A DNA stretch of 63,753 bases, counting the filler, from Rhabdomonas costata (lineage: Eukaryota): NCBI GenBank assembly GCA_019059605.1. It is 43 parts of 43 records of this genome, joined end to end, with 100 filler letters (N's around TTAATTAATTAA, not from the genome) between each part and the next. Parts side by side here need not be neighbours in the genome. Positions count along the whole stretch, not along the records: positions 8,918 to 10,302 come from JAHMHO010017506.1; positions 10,403 to 11,787 come from JAHMHO010017507.1; positions 11,888 to 13,272 come from JAHMHO010017508.1; positions 13,373 to 14,757 come from JAHMHO010017509.1; positions 14,858 to 16,242 come from JAHMHO010017510.1; positions 16,343 to 17,727 come from JAHMHO010017511.1; positions 17,828 to 19,212 come from JAHMHO010017512.1; positions 19,313 to 20,697 come from JAHMHO010017513.1; 35 more parts are not named here. The stretch is one strand, 5' to 3'. How positions within the stretch are numbered: position 1 is the stretch's first letter; each line of letters opens with the position of its first letter. A model generated the notes under the pieces. That model was not told the origin of the DNA. It worked only from the letters and a program-made list of their open reading frames with translations, and searched no databases. Position numbers and translations under genes: made by a program. Of the stretch, positions 10,271-24,569 are shown piece by piece.

Positions 10271-11887
10271 GGAGGGGAAAAGGAGGAGAGCATGAGGGGA
10301 GGNNNNNNNNNNNNNNNNNNNNNNNNNNNNNNNNNNNNNNNNNNNNTTAATTAATTAANNNNNNNNNNNNNNNNNNNNNNNNNNNNNNNNNNNNNNNNNN
10401 NNGTTCCTCGGGCGGGTGGGACAGCGGATCCCCCAAGGAAGTGCTCTGGTCAAGCGAGCAGGAAAAGCACAGCATGCGGCGGCAGAAACTCAAGGAACTC
10501 AAGAAGAATCAAGGGCCACGAAAAAAAACGTTAGAACTTAACTAAGACAGAAAAGCATCGCTCTCAAAACTTAAATTCTTTGCTGGCCCCCAAGTTCCAA
10601 AGCAAGACAAAAGGAAGGCGGAGATCCCCACTGCAACACGAAAGCTCAGCTTCCTGCACCGAAAATTCCGCTGGGACAGCTGGGGGGGGGTGTCTCCAAA
10701 AACTTGAGACCGTATCCCAGCCGGACGTCACGGACACAGAGTATTTTTGCTCGATCGGCACCTCTCACCTTCTGAATGGAATTGCAAAACATAAACAAAC
10801 CTGCAGGGAGCCATTCGTTGACAGGTTTGCTCCTGCAAAGGAAAAAAGAGAATGCGATTGTATGCCTATCTGGATGCCTGCGTGTGTTTGTGCTCAAAAG
10901 AGCGAGTCAAAAATCAGCGAACCCCCCCAAAAAGAAATCAACAGTCAATGAGGCTCCCTTAGAAGCCCACCTTGCCCGCGGAAGGAGCGATACAACACAC
11001 AATGAAAACCTGCATCTGCCCCAGCTTCGACGCCAGTAGGAGCGAGGCCCTGCTCAGTTGGGTCGGGAGATACTCTCTGAACGTCAGCAGAGCCAGCGCC
11101 GGTGGAAGCTTCTGTAGAGCTGCCTCCATTGGCCTCATCTTCGGAGTGCTTCCGCTCGGGCATCGACGCAGAATACGATCCGTCGAAGTCCTCGGGGTAC
11201 TCCACAGACTCCTTGCACTCTCTGTGTTGTTCACTCTCTTCTCTGGCCTCTGCTAATGAACTTGACGGCAGAGCGACACAGCCGTCGAGAGGAGCTATTT
11301 CCTGTGCGTCCGAGGGTCGACCCACCCTCCAAATGTGTGCTGCAAATATTTGGTCTTTTATCGTAATGCTCTGGTGAGGGTTGGTGACGATTGGCTGCAA
11401 GGAATTACACAAACCGCACTGCGTACAATGGATGTTATCCATGCCTATCATAAGTTGATTGCCCCGAAAAATTCTCCGGGGAGCTGCCCTGGACCTAATC
11501 TTACATAGGTCGGAATGAGAAAAGCCCAACTGCATGCAATATTCAACACTGGACAAAGCATTCCCATGCTACTCACCCATCACCACAAAAAGCAACCATA
11601 AACACAGATCCCACTCTCATTCCCCTTTGGTGAATGTGTGTGTTTGAACAACCCAGGCCCAGCAAACAAACCTGTACGGACGACGTGTCCTGTGGATCAC
11701 CTAAAGAAGTGGAAGCGCCAGCGAAAAAGAAAAGAATGTGCCACCGGGCCAAAATACCACACGAATATTTGATACTACCCACACACCNNNNNNNNNNNNN
11801 NNNNNNNNNNNNNNNNNNNNNNNNNNNNNNNTTAATTAATTAANNNNNNNNNNNNNNNNNNNNNNNNNNNNNNNNNNNNNNNNNNNN

Positions 11888-13131
11888 GTGGGTTTTGAAG
11901 ACGAGGCTGGAGAGGACGTGGCAGCTGCACTGTGCACTTCCGGAATCGCCCTGAGAAAAACAAGCGCGCGGGGCGTTTCCACTCCGAAAGCTAGTGTCGC
12001 ATCAAGGGCGTTTCCTAAGAGAGTGAAAACGTCCCGACGGCAGGGAACAGGATAAGTGGGAATGAGCACGGCATTGTACCGTGAGGCAGTGGATGAAGAC
12101 TGCTGTGAAGCTGGGGGGACAGTGTCAGCAGGTGCAGCAGGGGGCGCAGTAATTTTCCTGGGCTGGGCAGGCGACGATGTTATGGCGAGAGCAGAAGCAT
12201 CGCCCCCCTCATCGCCACCGCTGCTGCTGCTGCTGCTGCTTCCAGCTGCAGAGGTGACTCTTCCGATCGCTGAAGGTGTAGACGCCAGTCTGCTCAAGAT
12301 GGCTGAAAAATCCTGTGGGGTTACAAGAAATATAGGGAGGAGTGTCAACCTCTACCCTTCAAGATCGAATTCAAACATGCGGTGGGACAAGTGTCAAAAA
12401 GAGCGGCAATCAACGACACAGCCGAATTTGTGTGGAGGTTTCCGACGAGGTTGTGGGCCTGTCCTTTCTTTCACGCCTCTACTCTCCAAAACCAAAAGAG
12501 AAATCGATTGGTCTGGAAATATATCGCGCAAGCCAAGCGAAAATAGTGAGAAGGGAATCAAAAGCAAGTTCGCATGATGAAAAAACCCAAAAGAAAACCC
12601 AGCGCCATTTCCCGTTCCGCCATACGAAATGGTGACGTGAGGGGGGGGGGCACAAAGTGTAATGGGTGAAACCTGCCCAGACTGCTCCAGCCAGTGCTTG
12701 TGCTGGGCCCCCTGCAGCTCGGTGACCTGCTGCTGCAACTGCAGCAGGAGGTGGGTGTGCTGCTCCACCCGTCGAGCCAACTCAAGCCCCTTTTGGTTTG
12801 GGGTTCAGCATACTGTTCACAGCTTGCGGATCGCTGGCGCACCTTCACTGTGTGTGGTACCGTAACTGTGCATGGTATTTATAGAGGAGGGGGCAACATA
12901 GGACCAGAGGGAAGTCAATTCAACAATGTCACCACCCAATTTGCAGCAGGAGCTGCAAGCTAGTGTTCGAATAGTTTCAACGCCGAGCAGCACAAACGGA
13001 AACATTAGGATGGTGCGAAAAGGCAGAGCTGCAGAGCCACACACCTCAGAAGATGCCGATCCCGGGACGGAGGTGCTCTGCAGTTGTGAGCTCTCTCGTT
13101 CACGAAGGACTCGCTCCAGCTGAGCAGAAAG
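11888..13131 (-). CDS. Multi-exon hypothetical coiled-coil/low-complexity protein
   Basis: Three same-strand exon-like frames: LSAQLERVLRERESSQLQ, ARRVEQHTHLLLQLQQQVTELQ and DFSAILSRLAST..., with AG/GT boundaries. Confidence 0.45.
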
Positions 13132-13740
13132 CTGAAGCAACGTAAGACAGCGCAATAGCGTGCCTGAGAGCGTGCGTCGAACATGGGTTCATCAGGCATA
13201 TCCATAAAGAGAACAGACCCATAGAACTCCATCGCAAACTGACGTGCCTTTCACACACAACACCACACCACCNNNNNNNNNNNNNNNNNNNNNNNNNNNN
13301 NNNNNNNNNNNNNNNNTTAATTAATTAANNNNNNNNNNNNNNNNNNNNNNNNNNNNNNNNNNNNNNNNNNNNTTGTTGTGTTTGTAGCTTTTCACACACC
13401 TTACGTTGAACCCTGCCAGGACTCATTTACTTACAGGGCCGATTCCTGTGCTACTTTTTCACTGAAAACGAGTGGAAACCGGTGCACCGGCCAGCAGAGG
13501 TCGGATGATCAGGGGACGTGCTGGGGGGAATCATCCGCAGAGGTTTGACTTCAAAAAACCTAATCGTTAAAACCATGTTGACGACTGACACTGTTACACT
13601 TTTAATTTGAACACAATTTTTGCGGTAAGGTTATTTTTCTGAGCAAGGGGCAAGGGGGGACCGTTAAAAGTTCAACGACCCCCATGCCCTTTCTTTGAGT
13701 GGTTTTTGCTGGGAAATACAGAGGGAGTGGGGAGGCCTAC

Positions 13741-14572
13741 CCAGCGCTTCGAAAGCCGGAACTCCGCGGAGGCCTGCGACGGGGAGGGCATCACTCCCCG
13801 AGACGAGCTCACGTTGCTTGATAGCAGCACGTTCTGCGAGATGGTTGGGGAGGCGTAGGTGTCGGACTTCGTGCGGTTGGGCTTCCCCCGAAGTCGGGGG
13901 CTGGTAGTGGCCTGCCCTGCCCTGACGCTAGAGCCAGTGCTGCGGGCGGTGGGGGGGCCCGAGGTCGTGCTTTGCCGGGCACCGGGCATGGCCTTTCAAA
14001 AAAGGAGGATGGAATCGACAGAGAAGCAGCAAGGAACGTCTCGCACGCACGTTTTTACGCAGTCCGTTCTCGTCGGCGGAGGAAAGTCCCAAGAGGAAAT
14101 CTCCCTGACGCATGACCGCGATCAGTGGGCGCAACTTTCTGTGATTCGCAACACATTTGGAGGCGAAGCAATGGGCTCCACGATCTACAGAAAGGCATCG
14201 GCATGGGCATACATAGGACTCGTCCGGTATACTGAGAAGGGATAACTCCAGACCCACCCACAATGACATCGCTTCAAATGCGACCGGCCCGGGAATCCTC
14301 TCGTAAGGTTCACATGGATTCTGTGCAGGAGTTAGCAGGCGACTCAAGGAAAAGGTATGTCGGGGAATCCCCCGGGCTTCTGCTCATACAGTCGCGGTCG
14401 AAGGCACTGCCGTCAGATCATTCCTCGCGGACAAGGTGTCGCTGCCAAGGTCGCCCTCACACTCGTCGTCCCCATACCGCAGCTGGTGCAGTACGGCTTG
14501 AGGGATGTACCGCTTGACTTGGCTGAGACTGAGGAAGATCCTCAGGCAGGACTGCTGCGTGGAGGTCGGGTT
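13741..14572 (-). CDS. Receptor adenylyl cyclase-family protein, cytoplasmic linker exons 14572-14390 and 13992-13741
   Basis: CLRIFLSLSQVKRYIPQAVLHQL carries the K/R-Y-I/V-P-x-x-V pre-catalytic motif also seen in the cyclases near 51500 and 53911; phase-0 GT-AG junction. Confidence 0.55.
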
Positions 14573-17396
14573 CTGCCAGCACAACAGCATGCCATCACCG
14601 CAAAATAAAACCCCGCAGGAGCACAAAAAAATGTGGGGTACATCAGGTACTCCTAATATCAACGATATACCGATATCGCACGTTTGTAGGCATGAGAGAG
14701 AGGAAGGAAAATCTCAGGAAACCAAACCTGCACTTCATTTGCGCCAAGTATAAGTGCNNNNNNNNNNNNNNNNNNNNNNNNNNNNNNNNNNNNNNNNNNN
14801 NTTAATTAATTAANNNNNNNNNNNNNNNNNNNNNNNNNNNNNNNNNNNNNNNNNNNNGCGTTAGAACTGCTAATTGTCAGGAGATACTCATGAATATTTT
14901 TGGCGGTGGTTGCTCTCAGCGTGGGTGGGGTGCGCAAAGGATGTTAACGCATTGGGACCATGCCCAGGCTGGAGCGGAGTGGGAAGAATGCGGTGGTACA
15001 GATCCACGTATTGACACCTTGACGATGTGGTATTGTTTTCCTTTGAAATGGAGCACGCTAGTGGGAGGGGGGTCATATACAAATACTGAGAAGGAGGACA
15101 AGTGTTTGGATAAAAAGGGCCAAGAAAAACAGTGCAAAACATATACTTACCAAATATGGATGGGGAGATGGAAATCGTGGTGGCATAGGATGGGATCAAA
15201 ATCCTGCAGCACATGCGATAATTTTGAAAATTAAAGAGGAAGCATAGGAGCATCCTCCATCATACCTCGAAGCCATTAGATCAGGCTTCCCTCATCTCCA
15301 ACCACCCCATCAAGCACACATATCAGAGCATGGGCAGAAGCAGCCGCAGAAACCATAGCGGCTGGCTGCCTGTCATTCTCGTGGCGCCTTCAGGCACCAA
15401 CTTCAGGAGCTCGACGACGCGAAGAGCAAGAACAACATCACCACCACCAAACGGCACTCATCAATGACGCCATCCACAACCATGTCGTGGGTCATGGTGC
15501 TCGTGCTCGTACCTGTGCTGGTCGTAGTGATCCTCCGTGGCGTCAAGCCCCATGTGTTTGCGCCTGTTCTGACATAGGTGTGGATATGCTCTACACGCCA
15601 TCCACCGTGCTGCACGACATGATTGTGGCGGTGAGGAGTGGGTCCATGAGCATCATCATCACAACCATGAACGGAATCCGAAAGAAACACAACAAAAACG
15701 CAAAGAATCAAAGGGGAAGCAGGAGGAGCAGGAAAACGTAGCAATTGCGTTGCTGCTTTATTGTAATGCTCCCCTCTTTTCTCGCCAGTAAAGAAATAGT
15801 GGAGCACCTCATCTTTTCGCGTTTCACTGGCGTAATTGTGGTAACGTTTTGCAGTTTTTTCAGCTTATTTGCCATGGCAAACGAAAGAATGAAGCACTCC
15901 CAGTATCTGGGACTCGTCCACCTTGAGCAAGGACTGTCTTACATCTTCTCCAACGGACCAGAGCGTGAGGAAATCTACGCTATGAATTGCCTTGTCCTGC
16001 ACGCCGTCGTTGAGAATACGGAACTTGAGACAGCCCAATGGACATTCCACGGCCATGCAAACATCCAAAAGGTAAACACCACAGCGAAGAAGTCCACCTC
16101 CAACATGTTGTGGGTGATGGACAGGAAGTGCAATGTCGCAGCCATTTGCATTGACAAAGATCAGTTTGCGTTGCTGCAAAAATGTGCAAGGAGGTCTTTC
16201 AATGCAAATGGCTGCGACATTGCACTTCCTGTCCACCACCACNNNNNNNNNNNNNNNNNNNNNNNNNNNNNNNNNNNNNNNNNNNNTTAATTAATTAANN
16301 NNNNNNNNNNNNNNNNNNNNNNNNNNNNNNNNNNNNNNNNNNGGGTTGTGGGGTCACAAACGGGGTGCCAACAGTAGCAGCGGCACATCGCAGAGGTGGG
16401 GTGCACACAGGATGGACACAGGAGTGAACGATTGTGGCAGCAACATTGGCGCAGAAGCACAAGGGTACAAACAATGCCACGAACAGCGTTGCGTTTACCA
16501 TCGGCAACGGCAAATCGATGACCTGGCGATCTAACGTTGGCGCCTTATTCTGAAAAGCCATTTCAGGTGGCTTTTGTGGCCTGACAAGGGTATTCCCTTT
16601 ATAACTGCATGGCGGCAAGTATGGGAGCGGATGGGTTGCCGTTTCCATAAACACTTTGTTTCACTCTCTAAATGTTTTTAAACAAAAACAAAAATGATTT
16701 CCCTCCCAATCATAAGCAAACAGGCCCTGAGGGATGGCATACGAACGTCCTTGGCGTAAAGCTTGCCGCTGCACAACAACGCAAGACACATGCGGGGGTG
16801 CACAAGGCGGTACACCAGGCGCAGGATACTTCGAAGGAAAGGGCGCGCACCGCACCAAGTCGCCTGGCATCCAATGCCCAAAGAAAGCAAGCCCCCCCAA
16901 AGGCAGCTGAAGCGCCACGGCTTCAGCCACGGAAGAAGAAGAACGAGCGAGAGAGCTCTAAGTGCACAGAGGAACCCCTGGTTTAGAGGCCACAGAATTC
17001 ACACATGTACAGCAAATGCTTCCACAAGGTCATCTACCGGGAGGGGGAGGGGGGCAGACGTTGCTGGAGGGGAAGGAACACCACAAGCACTGCGGGTCAC
17101 CTAAAAGGCTGGCCTGCTGAGCACCTGCCAAACAATATCCGTATACCACGCCCCTGTGCCCCCTACGCATTAGATCTTATCCTGGACAGCTTCCTTGCGC
17201 TAACCGGTAGAACGACCACACACAAACGAAGCAGGGGAAGAATAGTACACTACATGGTGAGAAGAACCGGAAAGAGAGACATTCCGAAACCCCCTTCCCC
17301 TCCCCTCTTTGGGCTCACCACTCTGGACAGTGCCCTACGGCAGCCCCTTCGGGTATGTCTCTCTGCCTGCCTCCCCACACACACCGTGCCTCTCTC

Positions 17397-17639
17397 TCAT
17401 GTTGTGGCTGCAGCGCGCTTGGGGAGGTGAGTGGAGAGCCAGTCCAGGCCCTCGTAGAGGCCTTCCCCGGTCAGCGCGCAGGTGGGCTGGGCACTCCACG
17501 TGCGGTCCTTGAGCTTCGGCAGCCCCAGCTTCTGCACCACCTCGCTGACGCTCAAGGCCTGTGGCAGGTCCTGCTTGTTCGCCAGCACCAGCAGGGTGGC
17601 GTCCAGCAGAGCGGGCTCGGCCATCAGCCGCTGCAGCTC
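17397..17639 (-). CDS. ADP-ribosylation factor (Arf/Arl) small GTPase, last exon
   Basis: LLVLANKQDLPQALS (G4 NKQD) and TCALTGEGLYEGLDWL (G5); cag acceptor at 17640-17641; TGA stop. Confidence 0.93.
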   Translation of the reverse strand, partial: ELQRLMAEPALLDATLLVLANKQDLPQALSVSEVVQKLGLPKLKDRTWSAQPTCALTGEGLYEGLDWLSTHLPKRAAATT

Positions 17640-19410
17640 CTGCAGGCGGTGTGAGGAAAGCCCTTGGAAGGAGAGCCGGCCACTCAGTGCAGCGCCCGAA
17701 GGAAAAATCCTTGCGAACCCACAACAANNNNNNNNNNNNNNNNNNNNNNNNNNNNNNNNNNNNNNNNNNNNTTAATTAATTAANNNNNNNNNNNNNNNNN
17801 NNNNNNNNNNNNNNNNNNNNNNNNNNNGTTTGGTGATCGAGAGAGACCCTAATCTAATACCGGCTGGGAAAGCGACGGAACGGAAGTTTTCAGGATGATG
17901 AGAATGCTTCTAAAGGAATGCCGGTTCGTGTGGTGCCGGCTGTTGACACACACCAGGTTGATGTGGTTTTCATTATGCACTCGGGAGGCCGGAGGTGGAC
18001 ACGTTTTGCTTTTCACAGACCCTGATGGCCAGTTCGTTCTCCGAGGACTGGATCAAGCTGAGTAGCCTGGTGATGGGGCCTGCACCGGAAGGCTTCAAGT
18101 TCACCGCGAAGCACAAGTCGACAGAAGCGGAGGGATAAACCAGCTCCCCACCACAGAGCTGCACAACGGGTACAATCGAGCTGTATCGGACTGACGTTTT
18201 GCAAGCGTCATTGGTTGACTGATTGAACCCCTCTGAAAAGAAAATGCTCTCGGCGTGAGTCCTTGGTTCCATTTACAATTTACAATGGCGTGACAGCGTA
18301 CCGTCGAAGGCAGCTTGAAAATAAACTCGCCAATGTTGGAGGAACCATCGCGCTGCTTACATTTAAGGCCCTGGCAAGCTTCAGTCCAGGCGAGTATCCC
18401 CTATGGCTGGGGCATTGGGGCATCTTGATTCTTGGAGAGTATAGAAAGATTCCCTGCCCATGGGTGGGACCCCCACAAGTGGATGCGGGGTATAAAATGG
18501 TGCTGCTGTGGGCCTGTGGCGGCTAGGCTAGGCAGGGCCGCAAGAAGGACCCCTTTGCATTGTCTACCAATGGGGGAGTTGTTGCGGAACATCCTAAATG
18601 GCGGTGCGGAGCAACACCAGGATTGGAGTACCATGCGCCTTCGTGGCGTCCGCAGGCCTGGTCACCGTTCTTTTGTTTGCTCGAATGGGGCTATCCGCGG
18701 TGATAAGGAATGCAGGCAATAAGGCATCATTGTTGTCATATTTGTCGTCAACTGCAGTCTTGCCGCGCGATGTCTTCCGTCTTGGTGGGAATTGCGTTTT
18801 GGTTTTGGTTTGGAACCTCCATGTCGTCGGGCAACTGCTCGAGGATCATGACCAGCCTCTTAGTGATCTCCTGCGCCACCTTGGATACACGCACTACCCC
18901 ACGCAGGGTCAAAAAGCACATGTTCCACTTTTCCACTCCAAAAAAACAAGCACGGTAATATTAGTATTAGAGCAGGTAAGGCTACATGAAACAAAAACCA
19001 AGGAAAAAAAGGTGGCTGGTTTTATTTCTTTGATTGAATCACACCTTGGCAGATGCAACTAGCCGGTGCCCACGGCAGAAGCTTGTATGAGTCCCCTTGT
19101 CATGTTCGAACCCGCCGCTTTAGGAGGGGTCCGCAATTACACAAACGCGGTATCAACACCTGCACCCTCACACGCCTATTTAAAAAGCACAAAAACACCA
19201 AACACACCCACANNNNNNNNNNNNNNNNNNNNNNNNNNNNNNNNNNNNNNNNNNNNTTAATTAATTAANNNNNNNNNNNNNNNNNNNNNNNNNNNNNNNN
19301 NNNNNNNNNNNNGTTGGTTTTGTGCAAAAGGAAAACCTGCTGTCTGCGGTGATTCCCACTGTCTTGCGGTAAGGTATCCCCCCCAAACCCCCAACGTGTC
19401 ATCTCTGGAC

Positions 19411-20697
19411 CTGGAAGGTGACCGGGGAAGTCCGGGTAACAAGAGTGACCACCGTCCAAATCACCAGCACAGCCAGCAGGCAGGTCAGGATCAGGGTTGT
19501 CATCGCCCAGAATGTCGGGGTGTAGGTCAGAAGCATCGGCACGTTATCCGTGGAGAGACTTGTGAAGACTAGCAGCAGCGCAGTGGGGGGAGCCTGCAAC
19601 GAATGCCAAATTCGCGCGCGTGCCCAGCCTAAAAAGCATGGTGGGCGTATATTACTGCCAAACAATTCCTGGATGAGACCCAGACCCTCAACATTAGCCG
19701 AGGGTCTCATCGAAAGCGGAGGGGAAGATGACTGCTTACTTCCACCCAAAATGTCAACCTGTTTGCTGGGTGACATACCCTATGGTCACTCCCGGACCGG
19801 GCGGGATCGTAACGTACCGAACACCTAAGATTGATCTCAGACCCATCATTGAGCTGGTGACTTCCCGATTGAACTCAGAACTCACTCTGGATTGACGGGT
19901 TGGGGCTCATCTTTGGTAGTATGGTGGCACTGAGCTGCGTTGGTTGGCAGCTTTTGAGCTTCGAACAACCTCTCTATTCCGAGTTATGACCCCCAAACGT
20001 TTCATACCTTTTTGAGCGCCTTGAAAGAGTGCATTTTTGATGGCATGCAACCTCGGCATTCGGTCTGCTGCAGAGTGAGACGGAATTTCGTTTCGTTTGT
20101 AGAGGTCTTTTGAGGTCGTTTTGGGATATTTGAGGCGTGTGCATTTTATATCGGCTTGGAAGGGCTCTTTTGTGGACCTTTGCCAGCAGTGTATCTGTTT
20201 CCCCAAACGCTTCTTTTTACGAGAGAAACAACTGTAAACTGGAGCGGCAACGAGTTTCGCTGGAGTGTTTCATTTCCTATTGTGGAGAAGTGGACACCGA
20301 AGACATGTGATGATTCTTCACACTGTCGTGTGTCGGGGCAGTGGGGGGCGGGGAATCAGAGTGACCACCAGCAATTGGTGCCTGCTGGATTCCTGAGTTA
20401 TATGGGTACAGATGGTTTGGGCAGGGTGCCAGCAACGGACCAGGGCAGGATTACCTACGTGGGCGAGACCAGACAGGGACACTACCGCGAGAGAAAGATG
20501 AACTGCAAAAAAGCTAGATCGAATTTAAAGAATCACTGCACACCTGGCGGTGCATAATCTGCAGGGGGCCCAGCTCGTGCTTGTCCTTGGCTCTCTTGAT
20601 GAGAATCTGGTGGAACGCCGTGAACAGCGCGGCACAGCACCCGCAGATGCACCCCTCCACAGAGAACTGCACCTCCGTCACCGTGGCCATCAAACAA
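19411..20697 (-). CDS. Nucleotide-sugar/TPT-family transporter (SLC35E3/UXT-like), exons ~20697-20544 and 19593-19411
   Basis: My translation MATVTEVQFSVEG...FTAFHQILIK...LGPLQIMHRQ|APPTALLL...ILTCLLAV...RTSPVTFQ follows the ATVTD...YQAP...TSPVT pattern of this family; phase-0 GT-AG intron. Confidence 0.8.
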
Positions 20698-23600
20698 NNN
20701 NNNNNNNNNNNNNNNNNNNNNNNNNNNNNNNNNNNNNNNNNTTAATTAATTAANNNNNNNNNNNNNNNNNNNNNNNNNNNNNNNNNNNNNNNNNNNNGGT
20801 GTTTTGTATGACTGAAACTAATCAGCAAAAAGGGGTTGAAACATCATAGTCACGAAACGAATAGGGAGCAACATCATATTTCAACCCCTTTTTGCTGATT
20901 AGTTTCAGTCATACGAAGCACCCTCTTTAATTGCAGCCTTCCGTCTTCTTTACTCTTTGTTTTTCTGCCTTCTCGGTCCATTCTGGGTCCCAGTTCGCAG
21001 TGTTTAAAGGCCGGGTGCGATGAGAGAGAGAGAAGTCCCCGTTGTAAGCTGACAATGCGGAATTTTTTACGGTTGGTGTATTCATGGTGTTGGTGTGCAG
21101 ATCTGACATCTACCGGAACCTCTCTGTGCTGCGGCAAAGATGTTGGAGGTCCTTCGAGCTTTCGCTGGGGTATTTCGCCGCTGCCTTTGCGTTAGATCGT
21201 TTCTTATCTAACGCTAACAATGTGGTTTGCTCCTTGTTAATTGTATAGCTGAGCCCCATCTTACTTTCGACAGTAGCTCGTCGTTAATCGCCAAGCCAGG
21301 TTCCCGCCTCAGCTTCCTCCACACCGTTTTGGCTGCGCCGCGTGGCGCTGTCCACCGACTCTTCAATTGATCCCCTTCCTCCGAAGGTCAATTTTCACAT
21401 CTACATGTATCAATCCACCTATGCGTACAGCTTCATGGATACCGCTGCCACTTCGATATCCTGTTGTGTGGTGAACTGCGGCTCACAACAGGAGTATCCG
21501 GATCTCTGTAAGCACCCAGGCAGCGCGCGTTGTGTGTCAGCGACTTTCTTTTCATCCATCTTTCGGGTCCTCGCTTTCTGCCTTTCTTCTTTCAGCCCTC
21601 TCTGTCTCCAAAATTTAACAATATATTGTAATATTCCCGAGGTATGCGCTGCTCATTTCCAAAAGCCTTGGCCTGCGTCTTACCTCCGGCACGCTGTCTC
21701 TCTCGCGTGCGGCGATGCAGGCCGTGTGAGGTTCCGCTGGTGGAATGGTGGGGCACCACCTCAGCGGCCCTCGCCCAGATGGATGCACTGCGGGGCGTCG
21801 CCCTTGCCCAGGCCGTCGCCGCGGAGTCCCACACTCGCAGTCAAAACCAGGCTTACACCGCAGGTACCTCTCTACCTTCCCCCCACTTTTTTCCGGTTTC
21901 AAAATTTCCGAGTACAGTAGGGCTCAGCGCAAGGTGCTGCTGGGCGAACGAATGACTCACTCCCTGCCCAGGCGCAACCGGCCGGGGCTGGGCCCCCCGT
22001 GGGACCGGTTTTCCCCCCTTGCCACAACACAGAGAGCGCCCCGGCGGGAATCAGTTCTCAGGGGTTACAGCTTCATACAAATGTCTTCCCATCCTTCGCC
22101 TCTGCAAGCGGAAGTTCAAGCCACGGCAACCTGTCCCACGATAACACCACCAGTTGTTTTTGAGGTGAGTTCCCCAAAAACCNNNNNNNNNNNNNNNNNN
22201 NNNNNNNNNNNNNNNNNNNNNNNNNNTTAATTAATTAANNNNNNNNNNNNNNNNNNNNNNNNNNNNNNNNNNNNNNNNNNNNTACCTCCTGTTTCTTGCA
22301 GCTCCGCCCCAACTCCGAATGGAAGGATGATTCCGAACTCTATCTAAGCAGGGAAAAAAGTCTTGCAAGGCACTTCGCCAGAGTCAAATGCCGGAAGTGA
22401 GATCACAATTTGTAACGCAAGTGCAACTGAATGTAATGTGGCTGCGACTGTTTGTGCACTTGTACATGAAATCCGCCTTCTGTCGTTTTGGGGGTTCTAC
22501 CAGTAGCAACCATCCTCCTCTGTGGCCTCCGAACCTGTGCACCAATCGTGAGGGATCACCCCGGAAATGGGACCACTTACTCCTGCTCAAGTCACTCTTC
22601 ACTGCTTCACTCTTCACTCTCTTCTCGGGTGACTTTCGACGTGGGCCCGGTACTTGGGAGTGCCCCATTTGGACTTTGCAGGCCTTTACATGCTGAGCCT
22701 AAGCCTAAGCCTTCCGCCGGACCGGCTTAGCATTCTTAAGTGAAGCCCACGAGTGATTCATGCTGGCACCGTACCGTGCTGCCCTGGAGACCAATTGGGG
22801 CTTTTGTGCGTTGCTTGTCTGGCAAAAAAAGGGGAGTTCATGTTAGCTTGCACACCGGCAGTGCCCCCAAGTGTGCCAACAGTTTTGTGTGTATACGGGT
22901 GTCTATGCGTTAGCCTGATGGCGGGGGTTTCGTGCAGACCCTTCGCACAGTGGTGCTCGTTTCCGAGAGCACCTTTGAGGGGGCCACCACCACCTCCTCC
23001 TCTCCCGGGGAGCAGGACCCCTGTGTCGGTGGGGAGCCCATCGAGTTCCGGAAGGTTTCCTCCTTCCTTCGGCTCTTGTCACTAATGTCAACGCATCCCT
23101 TTCTTTTTTTTTCAGTCTCCAGGGTGTTCCACTCAATTCCGGGTGGTCTCACCTGGTTCTCTATTTGAACCATGCGCGTTTCCAAGTTGGGCCAAAGATG
23201 ACAGATTGGCTCGGAAAAGAACGCGGATTACGGTAGTCGGTGTCACTGGCGTCCTTCTTAAATCAGGCCACTGGACCAGCAGGAAGGCAGTCGGGAATTT
23301 TAATCCTGTGACTCTCCTAACCCAGTCTTTGACCAGAAGACTGCACCAGAGAAGACGCCGGGTCATATCAAGCAACGCCGCTCAATACACACCACGAAAG
23401 TTTTTCTTTCCCTTCCGCCAATGATGTGAGTACATCAGAGGGCCAGACCATGCTTCCGGCCCAGTGGCACCTCTTGATAGCTCCTGATGTGAAGCAAAGT
23501 CGCGAGAACAAAAGCGACTCAGGGAGTGGAGGGCTCGCAAAAGACATGACCACTCCGAAAACCTTCTGGTCATGGCACTACCATATTGTTTCTGCCCAAA

Positions 23601-23767
23601 AAAAAACTTTGTGACCTCAGCGTATGTTTTTTTTTGGGCAGAAACAATATGGTAGTGCCACAACCACNNNNNNNNNNNNNNNNNNNNNNNNNNNNNNNNN
23701 NNNNNNNNNNNTTAATTAATTAANNNNNNNNNNNNNNNNNNNNNNNNNNNNNNNNNNNNNNNNNNNN

Positions 23768-24569
23768 GGTTGGGGGGGCGGCTGCCGGAGCTGCTGCACC
23801 CTCGCGAAGGAGCTCCAGCTTCACTCGGGCCTCCACCCCGCCCTCCGTGGTGGGGCCTAGCAGGAGCATGTCAAACGGGAGGGGGCAGTGAGGCTCGATC
23901 TCCGCAAGATAGACCAGATTTTGGCCTAGGAAGACCCTCTTCCCGCCAGGCACGGGCTGATCGTACGCTGCGACCTGAGGGCCAAGCGGTAAGAAGAAGA
24001 AGAAGAAGAAGAGGGGGATGGTGGGGATGGTGGGCGAGCGGGAACACTTTGAAGAGCGCAGAGCTGCCCAAGCTTTGAACGGAGGACGTCATGTGCATAC
24101 CCTTTTGCGGCATTTTATCAAACCACACTCTCGAGAGAGTCCGAAGGGAATGCGGAACAAAATCCAAAAAAATCATTTTCCCTCCCAATGCCAGTTTCAA
24201 ACGACTGCTGCGACTGCTGCGACTGCTGCTCAAAATACCAACGGGTGGGGGTGGGGGGTCAATGGCTATTCAGCTTGCAGATGCCACCAAGCACCACATC
24301 CTCGCAATATCATGCGGCATGCCCTCATCTTAACTACCTGGCTTACCCCATGTGACCCGTCATCACAGCAACACACAAGCACATAAACAAAAAAGCACAC
24401 TAAAGCAAACGCGTACCTCTAGGGACTGGTCCCCAGTGGGAGACACGTCAAAGCAAAACTTCTCGTCAAACGTGGGGTTGCCTCCCGGCCTCGCAGTTGT
24501 GAATACCCACTCATCCTCGCTGGGCACAACATCCTTCCACAGCCGCACCCCAATGCAAGGGTACGTAGC
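23768..24569 (-). CDS. C2-domain protein, exons 24569-24417 and 23974-23768
   Basis: TTARPGGNPTFDEKFCFDV...SLE|VAAYDQ...FLGQNLVYL...RVKLEL fits a C2 beta-sandwich; phase-0 GT-AG intron. Confidence 0.8.

Noticed and set aside
15875-16110. Possible LINE RT remnant (YLGLVHLEQG...EREEIY)
   Set aside because: The resemblance is too weak and the catalytic residues are absent.
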